Part shown: in pieces, positions 61,041-64,000 of the stretch
How the letters are laid out: each line of letters begins with the position of its first letter
Numbering within the stretch: position 1 is the stretch's first letter
Assembly (NCBI GenBank): GCA_013265495.1
Contig: MU058654.1
Span: 372,001-436,000 of the forward strand
Reading direction: 5' to 3'
DNA from: Vicugna vicugna
Taxonomy: Eukaryota
Length of the DNA stretch: 64,000 nucleotides
Position numbers and translations under genes: made by a program
Notes under the pieces: generated by a model
The model's database searches: none
What the model saw: the letters and a program-made list of their open reading frames with translations, nothing else
What the model was told of the DNA's origin: nothing

Positions 61041-62654
61041 CAGACAAAAGAGGGGCGGAGGCAGGTTACCTGCACCCTCTGCATTGCCTGTGTTGATTTT
61101 CTACTATTTCTGAAATGTCCCTCAGGAGAAATTTACCTTGTTCCTTGGTAATGGCAGGGCAGACAGGTGGAAGGATCAGCGTTTATGGCAGTTGACTGGG
61201 TAGCTCTGGGCAAGTGTCCCAACCTCTCTGGGCTTCTTCAGCTGAGAAACACCCACCTCAACAGCAGTGTACAGTGAGGCCAAATGAGAGAAGCTGTTCA
61301 CACGGTGGAAACCGCGCCTCCTTATATAAATACACCATCGAGCTTATACCGTTCCGTGATGGCAAGATTCCAAACCCTCCTGATTCTCTGTTTCTGTATC
61401 CTTTTTAGGATTTCTCTCAGCACATTTTTTTCCTCTAATGTGAAGAATATGGCCTATTTCTGGCATTTGTCCCTCCTGTCCAATTTTTTTGTGTTGTTTT
61501 GAATAACTTAGCTGAAGACTTCATTAGTTTTTTAAAGTGCTTATGCTTCCAACTGACGAATTGTCCAAATCCTCATCATATGATTTCTATTCCGCTCATT
61601 AGAACCTTAATTGTTAAGCAGCTGAATTGATTCTTATGGTTTATTCTAATTGCTGTTAAGAAGGCATGCTGGCATTATATGTAATCTATTAGACATGTAA
61701 AATAATGAGGGACAAATAAAGTTGTTTTCCCTGAAGGTACAGGAAGGGACATCTTCAAGCACGGCTGCTCCAAGCATCTCTGGAAGGAGCAGAAGCCTGT
61801 TTCTTTAGGTATCTTGACTTGCTTTTTATATCTTCAAAGTCAGTCTTTCCCCATCCCCTTCAGGCAACTGGGGTCTCCAAAGATTACTTTTCCTGGTGCA
61901 TCCAACATAACACACTCCTGGGAGAATCCAGTGTTGGTCATGACTCCTTCATGCCAATGTGACCCCCACTGGCTTCTCCTCCCCAGTGTCAGGGATCCAA
62001 GCATAAGACAGATGGGGTCACTGTATTCAGAGTCCAGACACCAATAGCCTGAGGTTCAGCACCAAGGACCTCTGATGGGCCATGATGTGCAGTGGGTTCA
62101 TGGAACAAGACACCTAACAGAGGACAAGTGGGGCCAAGCCCAAAGCCAGTGACCTTAGAGCAGGGTCTAGGGTGGGAACCGTTTCCTCCACCCAGAGGGA
62201 GGGTGTCTTTCCTTTATGCCTGACACCTGTAACCAAGAGGAACCGTCCATTTGTGATTTGCACAAGTCACTGTTGAGTCTAGCAATATCCCAGATTTGGC
62301 TTCTGGAAAATTTTATTGTTAGCATGATCAACACACCTACTCAGAGTGCCTAGCTGAGAAGAATGCAAAGAGGACATAGATGTCCCACTCATCCCCTTGG
62401 CTAGGGATTTACAGGAGTGCACGATAACCCTGGGAAGTTGAGCCCTTTCCACCTCTCTCTCTTCACGAAGCCCCTTCCTGTTTGGCCTTTCCTCTGAGAG
62501 GCCGTTTTTGACTCTCCTACTTTGAGTTGGGAGACCCTCCGAAACACCAGTGCTGAGATCAAGTCTCATCTTACTTATAACAAACAGCACCAGAATCAAG
62601 GTGCACACATGGCTATAGTGCAGGTTTTAGAAAATAATCATCACGATATCCTAG

Positions 62655-62790
62655 TAAGAGTACAGCCTCAGTTTCTTCATCTGTAAAATGGGAATGACAA
62701 TGGTGTCTACCTTCAAGGTCACTATGAAGACTGAACAGAAAACACTCATTTGTTGAATGGCCTTGCGATATTCTACTTTGCTAAGAAGTG
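62655..62790 (+). mobile_element. MIR core
   Basis: 'agcctcagtttcttcatctgtaaaatgggaatgacaatgg'. Confidence 0.8.
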
Positions 62791-63829
62791 GCCAGCACAT
62801 AGCTGACAGAGAGAAGCAGCAGTGCAGACCCATCCAGCAGGCCGGTCACCAGCCTCCCACCAGACCCCTGGCCAGCTGGCTTTGGCATCTACCCCTCAAT
62901 ATCAACCCAGAGCCGGCTTCACACCTGCCTCCCCTCCCAGCCCATCTCCCCATCACCTCTCCGATGCCCTCTCCCTGGAGATAATAGCTATGTAAAGAGA
63001 GAAAGTCTAAATGTAGGGAATTTTAAAGAAAAAACAAAATACTTCAAGACCTCAAAATGTTTGAAATGACTACCTTTCAAAATGAAATCATGAGGGACTT
63101 GTTTCCTTCTACTTTTTCTCTTCCCCTACTTTCATTTTTTAAAATAACTACATATTGTTTTCCCTATCAGAAAAATTTAGGATAATTTAAAAAATCAAGC
63201 CAGTTTTGTGATGCTAGTGAAACAAAAAATCCCTATTTCTGTCCTTCCTGCCTTGGCTTAGAAATGGTCTTGGAAAAAGGGGTCCAAGGCTGAGTCTGGG
63301 GCTCTATTTCCTGTAAGCTTTTCACAAAGTTTAAAGGGCAGTGGGGGAAAGCTACGTCATCCACTCAAAGTCTTGCCAAGGTTTGGGGAAGATTATTGGG
63401 AAACTATTGGGAAATCTGACTTTATATGTTTTGGTTGCTTTATTCACTTCATTTTTATATGAGAGTTTTTTTTTTTTTAAGGTTTCCATTTGTTTGAAGT
63501 GGAGGTTTTTTGCCACATAGGGTTAAAAAAATGACCTGGCCATCATGATGGTCTGGATACCACCCAGCACAGCAAAGCAAAGATAGGAAGAAGGTCAAGG
63601 CCGCAGCCCCAGAGCAAGGGGAAAAGCATCCCCAGGGGATGCCAGCGGGTCAGTGAGGATCGTGTGAACTCACTCCACGCCAGTAGAGTGTGACTGAGAA
63701 GTGAGGACCATCAAGTGCAGCTCTCCAAGTGGGAAGAGAGTCCATGGACTGCTAGGGCTGCGACCTCCCCTCACTCACCCCACGCCCTCCAGTTCCCCGG
63801 GGTGGAGCTGGACCTGAAGCTTCAAAGGG

Positions 63830-63935
63830 CCGACCACGAGTCTGGGACCTCTCACCAGAACTACTGAACGGGATCTGCATTTTACCGGAACCCACGTGGT
63901 GCACCGGCACATTAGCATTTGAAAAGCAGCGGTGT
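63830..63935 (+). mobile_element. MER5A-type fragment
   Basis: 'ccagaactactgaacgggatctgcattttaccggaaccc...gcacattagcatttgaaaagcagc'. Confidence 0.65.
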
Positions 63936-64000
63936 AAACGGCTGGTCCATGTGGGTGTGCATCCACAGTGATCAGGTCTGCGTGTACGTGTGTTACCTTA

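Noticed and set aside
1..64000. Prokaryotic-type system (CRISPR array, operon, defence island)
   Set aside because: The sequence is mammalian (SINEs, LINEs, LTRs, CpG depletion). There is no repeat-spacer array and no gene-dense ORF structure.

Overview
Mammalian genomic DNA, almost certainly camelid: three tRNA-Ala-derived SINEs match the vic-1 type, and young LINE-1 3' ends are present. I found no recognisable host protein-coding exon, RNA gene or prokaryotic system. The window reads as intergenic or deep intronic sequence. It is a patchwork of interspersed repeats (L1 of several ages, L2, MIR, MaLR/ERVL/ERV1 LTRs, hAT and Tigger DNA-transposon fossils) alternating with repeat-poor, motif-dense blocks that look like enhancers (~1.1-1.5, 10.8-11.5, 25.2-25.6, 34.5-34.8, 52.2-56.2 and 61.5-61.7 kb). 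There is also a small orphan CpG-rich island with a CTCF-like motif near 60.1 kb. The only convincing protein homologies are transposon fossils (L1 ORF1p, L1 ORF2p, a hAT transposase C-terminus). The best-supported observations are nested and rearranged retrotransposition events with readable target-site duplications (TSDs). Regulatory and microprotein candidates are hypotheses only. I cannot support a novel biological system from sequence alone. Repeat family names come from memory of consensus sequences, and boundaries without TSDs or terminal inverted repeats (TIRs) are approximate.
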